DNA of 64,000 bases, from positions 124,001-188,000 of the IMG/VR virus record IMGVR_UViG_3300024259_000010. One strand, written 5' to 3'. Position numbers and translations under genes: made by a program. Within the stretch, counting starts at the first letter, position 1. Each line of letters starts with the position of its first letter. Of the stretch, positions 29,841 through 39,619 are shown piece after piece. The notes under the pieces are model-generated. The model did no database searches. It saw nothing but the letters and a program-made list of their open reading frames with translations, and was not told the origin of the DNA.

Positions 29841-30548
29841 TTATTTGCCTTGCGGCTTAGGTAATGCGCTGGGGGCAGCACCTTTATTATAATTGTTTTG
29901 AGCGTGTAGTTCTTGTGCATCAGAGACAATAACTTTAAGTTGACTAGATAGTTTTAATACGGTTAACCCGCTTACAACGAGACCTAGGATTAAAGCTAAT
30001 GTTGTCAATAGAGTAAGAACACCCTTGGTACCGTATTTACGTCTATTAGAATCATCTGATATCGCTTTAACTTCTTCAACTAATGTATCAACTATATCAA
30101 AGTAAGGAGTCATCTTAGATACAGCTTTGGTAAACTCTTCTATACAGTGATCACATTTATTCTCTTTAGTCTCTTTTATCTTTTTAATTTCAACATAATA
30201 ATCTGCTTTGAAATCTTCAAGTTTTTTTACAAGAACTCTCAATAAAGAAACATCAATCTGAAGTTGAGTACATGCTTTAGATTTTTCTATAAGCCCTTCT
30301 ATTTTTTCTTTAATACCCTCAATGGTTTCAGTTAAATACTTTTTCTCTGTAGTTTGTAATTCGCTATACGAATCCAATTTACCAGAAAGCTTTTCAATTC
30401 CTTTTGAAATCGCATTTGCTTCAGTGGTTAATTCGGTAGTTCTAATCTCATTCCGTTCCATGGAACTAGACATAGAGTTAAAGCGCTCTTCAAGTACAGC
30501 TACTCTAGTTTTTAAGTCATTGACGGCAGCTAGTATATCATCAGCCAT
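29841..30548 (-). CDS. Coiled-coil protein with C-terminal transmembrane helix (holin-like candidate)
   Basis: RVAVLEER coiled coil; TM segment GVLTLLTTLALILGLVVSGLTVL. Confidence 0.5.
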   Translation of the reverse strand: MADDILAAVNDLKTRVAVLEERFNSMSSSMERNEIRTTELTTEANAISKGIEKLSGKLDSYSELQTTEKKYLTETIEGIKEKIEGLIEKSKACTQLQIDVSLLRVLVKKLEDFKADYYVEIKKIKETKENKCDHCIEEFTKAVSKMTPYFDIVDTLVEEVKAISDDSNRRKYGTKGVLTLLTTLALILGLVVSGLTVLKLSSQLKVIVSDAQELHAQNNYNKGAAPSALPKPQGK

Positions 30549-30572
30549 ATTAACTCCTATACATTAATATGG

Positions 30573-31496
30573 CTATGCTTGATACAATGATTTGTATACA
30601 TATGCCAGGTTGTGAGACACAGCCATAGTTCTAATTGTTGCTTTACCATAAATGATAAACAAACTATCAAGCTGTTTAATAAAACTAGCAAATGATAATA
30701 AGAACTGTTTGGATGGTACGTAATTAGATTCACCATTTTCAGATTTATCTAAAATGAACTGTGTACAAAGATCAAGTGAATCTTCAACTGCTTGGCATTG
30801 TTTCTCAACCTTGGTAATATCACCAACATAAGGAGAGATAGCTGCCAGTCCATGACGAACTGTTTTTAATTGTTCCATTGAATCAAATAACATCGAGAAT
30901 GGTTTCTTAGATCCGATCGAAGTTGTATCTTTAAATAATTTGCTCAATTTAACATCAGCGACAACAAGGGGTTTGGAAGATCGTTCTAATGAACTATTAG
31001 ACATTCTGACTACCTGTTCATGAGAGTTTGAATTCTTCGATACAGATGATAAGATAGAATCAGTAGTCTTAGATACTAATTCAAGCTGAATGGCTTTTTC
31101 AAAGTTAGTGAAGATCTCAGATGCTAATAACACGATAGTGCTATAGTCACCATTCATCCCAGTTGGGTAATCTACTTTAATGCTTTTAACATCATCGTAG
31201 TTCATCTCTTCTACTTTTTGAATAATTCTTTTTTCTTTAGTTAACCAGATATCAATATCGGTCTTATATTTATTTCTACCTAATTTAAATAGGTTGATAA
31301 TATTGTGTCTAGTATTTCTAACTGTATTAGAGATACCTTCAAAGATTTCTTTTAATGATTCTTCCGATACACCAACATCTGTAGCAGCGTCGATATAACC
31401 ATTTAACACTTCGAACCCTACATGGATTGCTTCAAGCTGGTTATTAATATCATCATCCATTAGCTCAGACATTGTGTCTGCAATTGATAAATTCAT
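30573..31496 (-). CDS. Putative head protein with cleavable propeptide
   Basis: Acidic N-terminus with VGFE and VSEE motifs; late-type motif at 31539-31547. Confidence 0.45.
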   Translation of the reverse strand: MNLSIADTMSELMDDDINNQLEAIHVGFEVLNGYIDAATDVGVSEESLKEIFEGISNTVRNTRHNIINLFKLGRNKYKTDIDIWLTKEKRIIQKVEEMNYDDVKSIKVDYPTGMNGDYSTIVLLASEIFTNFEKAIQLELVSKTTDSILSSVSKNSNSHEQVVRMSNSSLERSSKPLVVADVKLSKLFKDTTSIGSKKPFSMLFDSMEQLKTVRHGLAAISPYVGDITKVEKQCQAVEDSLDLCTQFILDKSENGESNYVPSKQFLLSFASFIKQLDSLFIIYGKATIRTMAVSHNLAYVYKSLYQA

Positions 31497-31600
31497 AATA
31501 AACTCCTATTTGTTTTTATTGTATAAATTATTTTATCACATAATATGTTGTAAAAGTATATAAGTATCTTATGGAAAACCCATAAGATACTTATATATAT

Positions 31601-33118
31601 TTAGAATGCTACAGCACTTGTATCACTTACTCCTTCAGCAGTATCAGAATAAATATCTACAACTGATCTATCTAAACCATTAATATCATCTACGATACCA
31701 ACACCTTCTTCAAATCGTTGTGCAAAGTATTTATGCTTATCTGGTGTAGTCTGGTATTTATGCTTAGCCCATTTAACAGTTAAGTATGATTGACCATTTA
31801 ATCCTTTTTCAATATACATGAATGCAAGGAAGTCCATTTCTTTAACAGCAGATTTACAATCACTTAAATGTGCTGATCCAAACTTCTTAACAACATTGGT
31901 AGTACCAGAGGTTGCTATTCTATCTGCTTCAGTATCTAATTGGAAACCAGTAATGGTCAAGATGTTATTTCTATTTGCATAGTTTTTCATCTTACATAAT
32001 AACTCTTGTCTAAGCTTAGCATTATTATCTTTACCATCTGCAGGTAATGCCATCAATCCAGCATAGTCCAAGATAGCACTATTGATAGTGTACTTATCAG
32101 CTAACTCTTCAAGCAATGCACGGTATTCATTATAACCAAATAGATCACCCTCTTTACGGTAGACTAAAAGTTTATAACCACGTTTGCTATATAGTTCAGC
32201 TGTTTTATTAATGATCTCTGTTTCAGATAGTCCATCGGGTGGCTCACCATAATGTTGAGTATAAGCAGACTTAAACCACATCATCATATTTTCATAGATC
32301 TCATTCTCTAGAGATATGAATACGATAGCGGCTTGTTTACCATTCTCTTTTCTAGGTTCATTATAGAGTGCCATCCATCTGGCGAAGTCCATAAGTATAC
32401 CAGATTTATAATGATGAGATAAAGCAGCGAAACCAATGAACTCTCCTGGAACTGGTCCCTGTGATCTACCAAACATACGATTAAGACTTTGTAGCCCAGT
32501 TGTATATCCAGTATCAATTCTCTTTTTCTTATAAGAATCGAATCCACGTTTTAAACTCTTAGCACATGACATATCAATAAAGTCAACCGATGCATCTTCT
32601 GTACTAGCAGTGTCTTCATAGGTCTTAGTTAGTTCACGGGATCTATCCAATAGTTCATTCATTAATGTTTCTTGGATAACAGTATCACTAGTGTTAATAA
32701 CTTTCTGACTAGTTCTAAATAATTTCTTTAATGAATTATTACCGTTTACCCAGATGATCCATTTTTTTACTTTTTGTTTTAAATGTTTGATAGTGTGATC
32801 TGAAACATTAGCACGCTCTGCAATGAGAGTTCCAATTCGTTCAACAATCTTAGGTGACTGTTTTACCATCGGATGCTGTTCCAGTTTTATTAGTAAGGCT
32901 TCAACGTCAGCCTTGCTGGATAGATTCACATTCTTATTTGTAACATCGGTAATGATGGACATATAGAACTTAGTCAATTCATCGTTTAATGCAGTACCTT
33001 TAGCAACCTCATCATAATAGGTTTTTACAGCACTTGCTACAATGTTTTCTGAATCTAAATCGTTAGAGTATATTGTTAAACAAAGAACTTCTAAGAAAAA
33101 CTCCGGTCCACTCTCCAT
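31601..33118 (-). CDS. dnaB: DnaB-like replicative helicase (phiKZ gp118-like)
   Basis: TGLQSLNRMFG, ALSHHYKSG (variant Walker A), ISLEN, ILDYAGL, TGFQL, KHK; divergent from the capsid block as in phiKZ. Confidence 0.85.
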   Translation of the reverse strand: MESGPEFFLEVLCLTIYSNDLDSENIVASAVKTYYDEVAKGTALNDELTKFYMSIITDVTNKNVNLSSKADVEALLIKLEQHPMVKQSPKIVERIGTLIAERANVSDHTIKHLKQKVKKWIIWVNGNNSLKKLFRTSQKVINTSDTVIQETLMNELLDRSRELTKTYEDTASTEDASVDFIDMSCAKSLKRGFDSYKKKRIDTGYTTGLQSLNRMFGRSQGPVPGEFIGFAALSHHYKSGILMDFARWMALYNEPRKENGKQAAIVFISLENEIYENMMMWFKSAYTQHYGEPPDGLSETEIINKTAELYSKRGYKLLVYRKEGDLFGYNEYRALLEELADKYTINSAILDYAGLMALPADGKDNNAKLRQELLCKMKNYANRNNILTITGFQLDTEADRIATSGTTNVVKKFGSAHLSDCKSAVKEMDFLAFMYIEKGLNGQSYLTVKWAKHKYQTTPDKHKYFAQRFEEGVGIVDDINGLDRSVVDIYSDTAEGVSDTSAVAF

Positions 33119-33182
33119 ATTTATAAACTCCTTATACCGTTATAATATAGATGAAAAAATTAATCAAGAGGTAATAATTCCA

Positions 33183-34838
33183 ATGAATAAAAAAATAATT
33201 TTAAATTGGGCCAAAGATCCTAATGGAAAAAAGAACCAATCTTCTAATTTGAAATTCGATACATGTGATCGTTTAGGTGTACTACTGAGCAAATCAATTT
33301 TGTTTAATTATATCTCAAGTATGTACTACCTTGATAATAACGTTACACAAGAATCTAGAATTTCATATAATGAAGATTCTAAATCTTTTATAAATTTAAT
33401 CTATAAGAGCCTACTCGAAGAATACAAGAGCTTACTAACTTGTAATACAGTTGAACTGGATAGTAATCTACATCCATGTGTCGTTCCTAAGTATGTTATC
33501 TTAGATGATAAACTAGAAATATTAAAACTAGTTGGAGCATTATTGGAAGTATCTAATGCCCCAGTGAGTTTCGATCTTATTAAATATATTGAATATTATG
33601 ATTTTGGTATTGCAAGTGGATTCCTAAAAGAATGGACAAGATTTAAATTAGCTGCAACTCTACAGAATAATACTGAAGAGAAAGATGTAGTTATATATTC
33701 TTCCACGTCCTTTAATATACCATTAGTATATAGACTCGGATACGATATCACATTTAATTTCACAGAATGTTTATGTGGTGAAGTTACATATAGAAAAGTT
33801 ACATATGTTGACCCAATGGCATTTATGTCAGTTGTCAATATCCCTGATGCGAACTCAGATGTATACTTGAGATTAATCGGTAATTTATATATTGGTAATG
33901 ATATGCGTATGAACAACAAATGTTTATATGAATTACTACATATTGTTTTTGTCTCTAATGTTAATTTAGATATAGCTTATAATGAGTTATCTGATTTAAA
34001 TGAAAAAGAAATCAAAGAGCTATTACAATCGTGTTATAGATCTATCTTAGAGTTCTTAAAAACTAAACATGTAAACAGTACTTTAAAGATCGGTAAGATC
34101 ACCAGTGGTATTCTAAATAGAATGGATATTAAAAATATCGAATACTACAATGAAATTCTATCGTTATTCTTACATAAGAAAGATGTGGCCTTCGAACAGT
34201 TATCTGATATCGATGGTGGTCGCTATTGTAAATATTTAGATCCAACTTCTATGTTCTTTGTAGAACCAGATAATATCTGGGCTGCTAAGGAAGATGAAAA
34301 GAAGAAAGCTAAAGACTCTGATGAAGAGGAAGATGATTCTAAAGAGGAAACTCCAAAAGAAGAAGAACCTAAAGAAGAAGAGACCGAAGAAAAGGAAACT
34401 AAAGAAGAATCAGAAGATACATCTGAGGAAAAGGAATCTAAAGAAGAAACTACTTCTGAAGAAACCACCGAAGAAGAACCTTCTGAGGATACGGCTGTAC
34501 CAGAGGATGATGAATCTGATACGGGAGAAGAAGGAGAAGGCGGAGAGGAAACACCCGAAGAAGAAAATGAACCTAATGAAGAGGTTGATTTAAAGAAAGG
34601 CGAATATTCTTTAACTATAATTGATCCAACGACTGTAAAGTTAGACGAGCATTTATACAGAAAAGAGATGGCAATTCTTATTTCTAGAGTGTTAGAAAAC
34701 CCACCAGACAACATGTCGGAAAATAACAAATTGTTCTTATCTGAATTCTACAGACAGTGGTTATATTTAATCTCTGTTGAGGATATTCACAGAATACTTG
34801 AGAATTTTTTAGATAATCTACCAGAAGTAGTGGATTAA
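33183..34838 (+). CDS. Hypothetical protein preceding MCP, with long Glu-rich tract
   Basis: Likely start is ATG 33183 (GAGG RBS); the longer ORF overlaps the dnaB start. Contains a ~100 aa E/K/D/S/T low-complexity region. Confidence 0.6.
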   Translation: MNKKIILNWAKDPNGKKNQSSNLKFDTCDRLGVLLSKSILFNYISSMYYLDNNVTQESRISYNEDSKSFINLIYKSLLEEYKSLLTCNTVELDSNLHPCVVPKYVILDDKLEILKLVGALLEVSNAPVSFDLIKYIEYYDFGIASGFLKEWTRFKLAATLQNNTEEKDVVIYSSTSFNIPLVYRLGYDITFNFTECLCGEVTYRKVTYVDPMAFMSVVNIPDANSDVYLRLIGNLYIGNDMRMNNKCLYELLHIVFVSNVNLDIAYNELSDLNEKEIKELLQSCYRSILEFLKTKHVNSTLKIGKITSGILNRMDIKNIEYYNEILSLFLHKKDVAFEQLSDIDGGRYCKYLDPTSMFFVEPDNIWAAKEDEKKKAKDSDEEEDDSKEETPKEEEPKEEETEEKETKEESEDTSEEKESKEETTSEETTEEEPSEDTAVPEDDESDTGEEGEGGEETPEEENEPNEEVDLKKGEYSLTIIDPTTVKLDEHLYRKEMAILISRVLENPPDNMSENNKLFLSEFYRQWLYLISVEDIHRILENFLDNLPEVVD

Positions 34839-35075
34839 TTTTAACATAAAAATGAATGGTATACAATACTTTATGTGTATCATTATATGCAATATAAAGA
34901 TAAAAAAATTGCATCGATGAAAATTGATGGATGTTTGCAACAGTTTATAGCTAGATCGTGTAATTAACGTGTGTGTGTTGGTGTGTGTGCTCTAGCATTG
35001 AACTTAGTAAATAAAAATTTATTTAATCACTTGCAATTAATAGTTTATATGAATAAATATAAAAAGGATAATATT

Positions 35076-37211
35076 ATGGATATTAACGCATTATTACAAA
35101 ACATCGAAGATGAATGCCGCGAAGGTAAAGTCGGTGGTGATGTTCTTACTACAGCTCGCGTTGTAAGTAAGTCTGTTACTGACTTCCTCTCTACAAATGC
35201 TGTAGGGTCTTCTTCCGAAGATTTCGTCGGACAAACTTTTAACATGAATAAAGCTTTCGGACAAGAGGAACTTGAATCCCTCGGTTCTAGCTCTATTATC
35301 GCACTCGTTGAAGAAGCTGGTGTTCCTACTCATTATAAAGCCGAAGCTGCAGCTACTGTTGCTAACCTGCTTTTCCGTGCTGCTGGTTCTTCTAGTGATT
35401 TCAATGCTGTTGTAAGCTCACAGACCAAACGTGCTGATAACGCCGGTTCGTCTGTTATTGGTATTGAACAGTTCATGCCTGAAGCAGTAAGTAACTTCTA
35501 CGTTGGCCAAGAGGCTTTCGGTGCTACTTCTGACCGTGTAATTTCTGACCTCCAGGTTGCTATTACCGTTAGCTTGCTCAAATGGCATAACACGATTACG
35601 CCTCGCGTACTCTCTAACATCCCTACAACCCAGCCTACGGTTAACTACATCCGTGAAGAACTGACTGTTTACCAACTCGAATCCGATGTTGAAAACGACC
35701 AGTCCCTGATCGACCTGTATGAAAACCCTGCTCTTGTTAGCAATGAACTGACCCGTATCATTCCTTTAGATAAGAATGATGAAGTCGGTGGTGCTGGTGG
35801 AGTCGGTGGAGCTGTTGTTTCAGATGGTATCCTCAATTTCGGCGTCGAAGCACGTCTATTGGAATTAGGTATCAAAGCTGATGTCTATGGATATAATAAA
35901 TATAATCGTACTGATATCGTTGCTGACGGTGTTAAGCTTGACACGATTCATATCAATATTACATCTGATGGTGGAACCACTGAATCGTTCGCTATTTCTA
36001 TCCCTGACAGTCGTTCACGTTTGACTCGTTCTAATAATCAGCTCAGTACTATCCGTACTGCACATATTGATTATACAACGACTCTTAACGTTAAATCTAC
36101 TGCTGACGGTGTTACAACTCCTTCTACTGAGTTGTTAGCGATTCTCGCTGCTACTGGTGATAGCCTGGTTATCAAACTTGAAGCTACTCCACGTATTGAT
36201 ATCCGTGACGGTATGGCTCATTGCTTAGGTGCATTATCTGTATCTGCTGTTTCTGATAACGGTGGCGATGCTGATAGCGCAACTACTGCTGCTCTTACTG
36301 CTTCTGATATCGAACTTAAGGGTTATTCCTTAGACGCTCGTTATGCAGAAGAAAATATGCGCAAGTCGAATATCGCTACTACTACTGAGCGTGCTCAGCT
36401 GGTATACGAAATTCCACAAGGCCGTAACTACCTCTTGGACGTTCCACTGAACGGACCACAGGTTGATCGTTCGCAGAACACTGCTAACCTTTACAATGTA
36501 TGTCGTATTGGTCAAGACAATGTAGTTCTGAAAACTATCTTGGCTGTGCTTGCTGATGTTGGTGTTGCTACTGAAGCATATGACTTAGATCCTACGCGTG
36601 AAAATCGCCCAGGTGCTATGTTCGCTGCAGGTGGACGTGTACGTCCTACGTATATCGCTGATACTCTTAACATGACTGGAATCGATTCGTTCGATGACGC
36701 TCGTCGTCAAGAAGCTATTCAGGGTCGCGTTCTAACGTACCTCAACTCTGTTGTTCAGCAGATCATGGCTACTTCGTTCTTCAGCCAACAGCTTGATGGC
36801 AATAGTGCTCCGACTTTCCGTCTGATCACTGGTCCTCAGATTCTTGGTAACATTGTTGGTGCTAAGCCAGGTGAATTCCAGGTTGAAAACGCTAATGGTG
36901 TTGAACTGACATTGAAGATGACCTCTGGCGTTGTGCTTGAGTGTGTTACTTCTACGTTTGACTTCATGCAAGATAAGATCGTTATCGTGCCGTTCCTCTC
37001 CGGAGATCCTGCATCTGATCTTAACTTTGGACATAACCGTGACTTCGGTACTGTTGTTGGTAGTTATACCCACAATGAAAACGGTGCTGCTGTACAGCGT
37101 CTGCTTGCTAATATCCGTGAGCTTCCTGTTCCTACCAATGTTATTGGTGCGATCTTGGATGTTGAAGGTATTGACATCGCTACGTTCCGTGCTGACATTG
37201 TCACGCCGTAA
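35076..37211 (+). CDS. Major capsid protein (phiKZ gp120-like)
   Basis: 711 aa from ATG 35076 (AAGGA RBS); G-x-E propeptide sites (FGQE, IGIE, VGQE); GYSLDARYAEENMR and LNFGH motifs; strongly biased high-expression codons; strong terminator; synteny with dnaB. Confidence 0.85.
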   Translation: MDINALLQNIEDECREGKVGGDVLTTARVVSKSVTDFLSTNAVGSSSEDFVGQTFNMNKAFGQEELESLGSSSIIALVEEAGVPTHYKAEAAATVANLLFRAAGSSSDFNAVVSSQTKRADNAGSSVIGIEQFMPEAVSNFYVGQEAFGATSDRVISDLQVAITVSLLKWHNTITPRVLSNIPTTQPTVNYIREELTVYQLESDVENDQSLIDLYENPALVSNELTRIIPLDKNDEVGGAGGVGGAVVSDGILNFGVEARLLELGIKADVYGYNKYNRTDIVADGVKLDTIHINITSDGGTTESFAISIPDSRSRLTRSNNQLSTIRTAHIDYTTTLNVKSTADGVTTPSTELLAILAATGDSLVIKLEATPRIDIRDGMAHCLGALSVSAVSDNGGDADSATTAALTASDIELKGYSLDARYAEENMRKSNIATTTERAQLVYEIPQGRNYLLDVPLNGPQVDRSQNTANLYNVCRIGQDNVVLKTILAVLADVGVATEAYDLDPTRENRPGAMFAAGGRVRPTYIADTLNMTGIDSFDDARRQEAIQGRVLTYLNSVVQQIMATSFFSQQLDGNSAPTFRLITGPQILGNIVGAKPGEFQVENANGVELTLKMTSGVVLECVTSTFDFMQDKIVIVPFLSGDPASDLNFGHNRDFGTVVGSYTHNENGAAVQRLLANIRELPVPTNVIGAILDVEGIDIATFRADIVTP

Positions 37212-37254
37212 ATTAATATAGTTTATTATATTAATACCTTAGTCTTGAAATGTG

Positions 37255-37298
37255 AGAGAGTAGTCTTCGGACTACTCTCTTGCATTTTTTTCTTTTTT
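37255..37298 (+). terminator. MCP terminator, UUCG tetraloop
   Basis: AGAGAGTAGTC-TTCG-GACTACTCTCT followed by T runs. Confidence 0.85.
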
Positions 37299-37369
37299 GT
37301 AGTTCATGAATTAATAGACATATATTACTTACATGTACATATAAGTTAACATATAAATAGGAGTATATA

Positions 37370-37507
37370 ATGAACGATACAGATACACCAAAAAAAGATG
37401 AAGATGTTATAGATAGGAAACTGGCGATTGGGGTTGGTATAGTTGGTATGATCGCTACAGCTTTTGCTGGAGCAATGACCACATGGGCGATTATGTATAA
37501 AGAGTAA
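37370..37507 (+). CDS. 45-aa single-pass membrane protein (early)
   Basis: Not in the ORF track. AGGAG RBS; MNDTDTPKKDEDVIDRKLAIGVGIVGMIATAFAGAMTTWAIMYKE*; own TATATTAC promoter motif and terminator. Confidence 0.7.
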   Translation: MNDTDTPKKDEDVIDRKLAIGVGIVGMIATAFAGAMTTWAIMYKE

Positions 37508-37513
37508 TGAATT

Positions 37514-37540
37514 AAAAAGAACCTTCGGGTTCTTTTTTTT
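37514..37540 (+). terminator. Intrinsic terminator, UUCG tetraloop
   Basis: AAAAAGAACC-TTCG-GGTTCTTTTTTTT. Confidence 0.85.
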
Positions 37541-37626
37541 GTAGTTCATTGTTTTATAGATATATATTACATGTATAGAATCCCAATATAAAGTTTTAAA
37601 TAAACAAATCAAACAGGAGAAACAAA

Positions 37627-38085
37627 ATGAAAAATGGTAAAGTATTTATTATCCCTAATGGTATTTCAGAAGAAGGCGCAGACTATAACCTTAAGCAGAC
37701 CAATGACATCATGACAGCATTTGGTCTAGATGAACAAACGGTAACACCATCCGGTCACAAAGGATGGCCTCATCATTATTCTGATCCACTCGTACAAGTG
37801 TGGTGGACTGATGGACTCGAACATAAAGAGGAAGAGAATTACAGTGAAAACTGGACTGATCATGGTGTAGCTTTAGATGGTGAAGAAATGCGTGGGACAC
37901 GACGTGTCCCTTATGCTATCCCTCTTTCACTTATTGTTGATAAGAAAGAAGGTGACATTCTTAAAGTGACCATTCATGGTCATGATGTAGAAGTGGTCTG
38001 TCAGCAAGCAGGTTTCCGTCATGCGAGTCATGGAACATTTGAAGAAGTTCTTCAGGGACTCCTAGACCGTCGTGAAGCGGCATAA
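37627..38085 (+). CDS. Hypothetical early protein
   Basis: 152 aa; AGGAG RBS; TATATTAC at 37563; terminator at 38097-38132. Confidence 0.7.
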   Translation: MKNGKVFIIPNGISEEGADYNLKQTNDIMTAFGLDEQTVTPSGHKGWPHHYSDPLVQVWWTDGLEHKEEENYSENWTDHGVALDGEEMRGTRRVPYAIPLSLIVDKKEGDILKVTIHGHDVEVVCQQAGFRHASHGTFEEVLQGLLDRREAA

Positions 38086-38178
38086 GAACAAATAAGAATA
38101 AGAGTAGCTAACAACTACTCTTATTTTTTTTTATTATTTTGATGGGATATATTATACTCAGATTAGAGGAGATCAAAT

Positions 38179-39619
38179 ATGGATAAGAAACCTGTTTACC
38201 AGTTCTTACATTCCACATACTGGAAGAAGAAAGGTAATGATGAAGATGCAGTCGTTGCCTGTCTCAAAGATGTAGATACTGGGAAAACTAAATTAGAAGT
38301 TATCACCAACCCAAAACGTAGTATTGGTATAACCAGAAAAGGGTTACAGGAATCTACTAATACTAAAAAGATTTGTGAAGATAATAACAATCTAGATATT
38401 TACACAATTGATAATAAAGATTTACGGGATGAGCTACAAGAAAAGTTACTTGGTTACAGTGGTGGTTATACATCACTCAAGAAACTTATTAACTCCCCAT
38501 ATGTATATGGAGCTGATATTGACATTTCTGTACTTATTAAACAACACTTTCTAAAGCAGTCAGATCGTACTGCTAAAAGCTTCAGGGTAGGTGGTCTGGA
38601 CATCGAAACCTCTGTTTTAGGGGGTAGAGAAATCCTAATGATTACATACGTTTCACCGGAGCTAAAAGTCTTTACTGCAGTTCTAGACTCATTCGTTGAA
38701 AACGTTTCTATCGATTCTATTAAAGAAAAGTTTAAAAAAGAATTAGCTGAGTTCAAAGGAAAGCTAAATAAAGAAACTTTAAAGATATTTGATGAGTATG
38801 CATCTGATATCATGCCCAATATTAATATCACTTACCATAAGACTGAAGTAGATGTCATCACTTGGATCTTTAAAATGATTCATGCGGATAAACCTGACTT
38901 CATTTCAATTTGGAACATGGGTTACGATATCCCATATATGCTAGATCGTCTGAGAGTACATAATGTATTCCCACATAAGATCATGTGTCATCCAGAAGTA
39001 CCATGGCAATATCGTATATGTTCATATAAAGCAGATCGTAATCCTAACGTAAGTCACTTCTCATATAAATGGGATGTGTTTGAATTATCTGGTTACAGTC
39101 AGTTCTATGACTCAATGTGTCTATTCAGTCGAATCCGTAAACATGAAGGTGTTGAGGATAGTTATAAACTCGAAGCTATTGCTAAGAAGATAACTGGTGC
39201 TGGAAAGATGGACAATGATAATGCTAATCACTATACCATGCAAACAGAGAAACCCGGTGAGTATGTTGTCTACAATATTTTTGATAGTTTGTTACTACCT
39301 CTAATTGAAAAGAGATGTAAAGATATTGAATCTATGATGATGTTACTTGAGGATACTAGTATTGATAGTTTCGCTCAACAGACAACTCAATTGAAAAACT
39401 GGTTCTATCGGTATTGTAAAGATAAAGGTAAAATGCCTGCTTCTTGGTATGGTAAGATTGAACATGAAACAGATGGTATGTTACATAACACAGGTGGTAA
39501 TGTATTAGCTCCAGGGCTAGCATGGCGAACTGGTGTGAATAAGATTAAAGAATTATTATCTTGTTCTAAAAACATTTTATCTAAACTTATTATTCTAGCA
39601 TGTGATATTGACGTTGCCT
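38179..39619 (+). CDS. Family B DNA polymerase, exonuclease-containing subunit (phiKZ gp82-like), exon 1
   Basis: ExoI LDIETS, ExoII WNMGYDIPY, YKLEAIA, ExoIII YNIFD; ends at CDIDVA, the first half of polymerase motif A. Confidence 0.85.

Noticed and set aside
33042-33182. Head-to-head overlap between dnaB and the 598-aa ORF
   Set aside because: A better start with RBS at 33183 removes the overlap
34223-34729. Ser-rich minus-strand ORF and Lys-rich alternate-frame ORF (34294..34593)
   Set aside because: By-products of the GAA-rich acidic tract of the real gene
37346-37612. Minus-strand ORFs 37231..37482 and 37346..37612
   Set aside because: Antisense to a plus-strand unit with clear promoter, RBS and terminator
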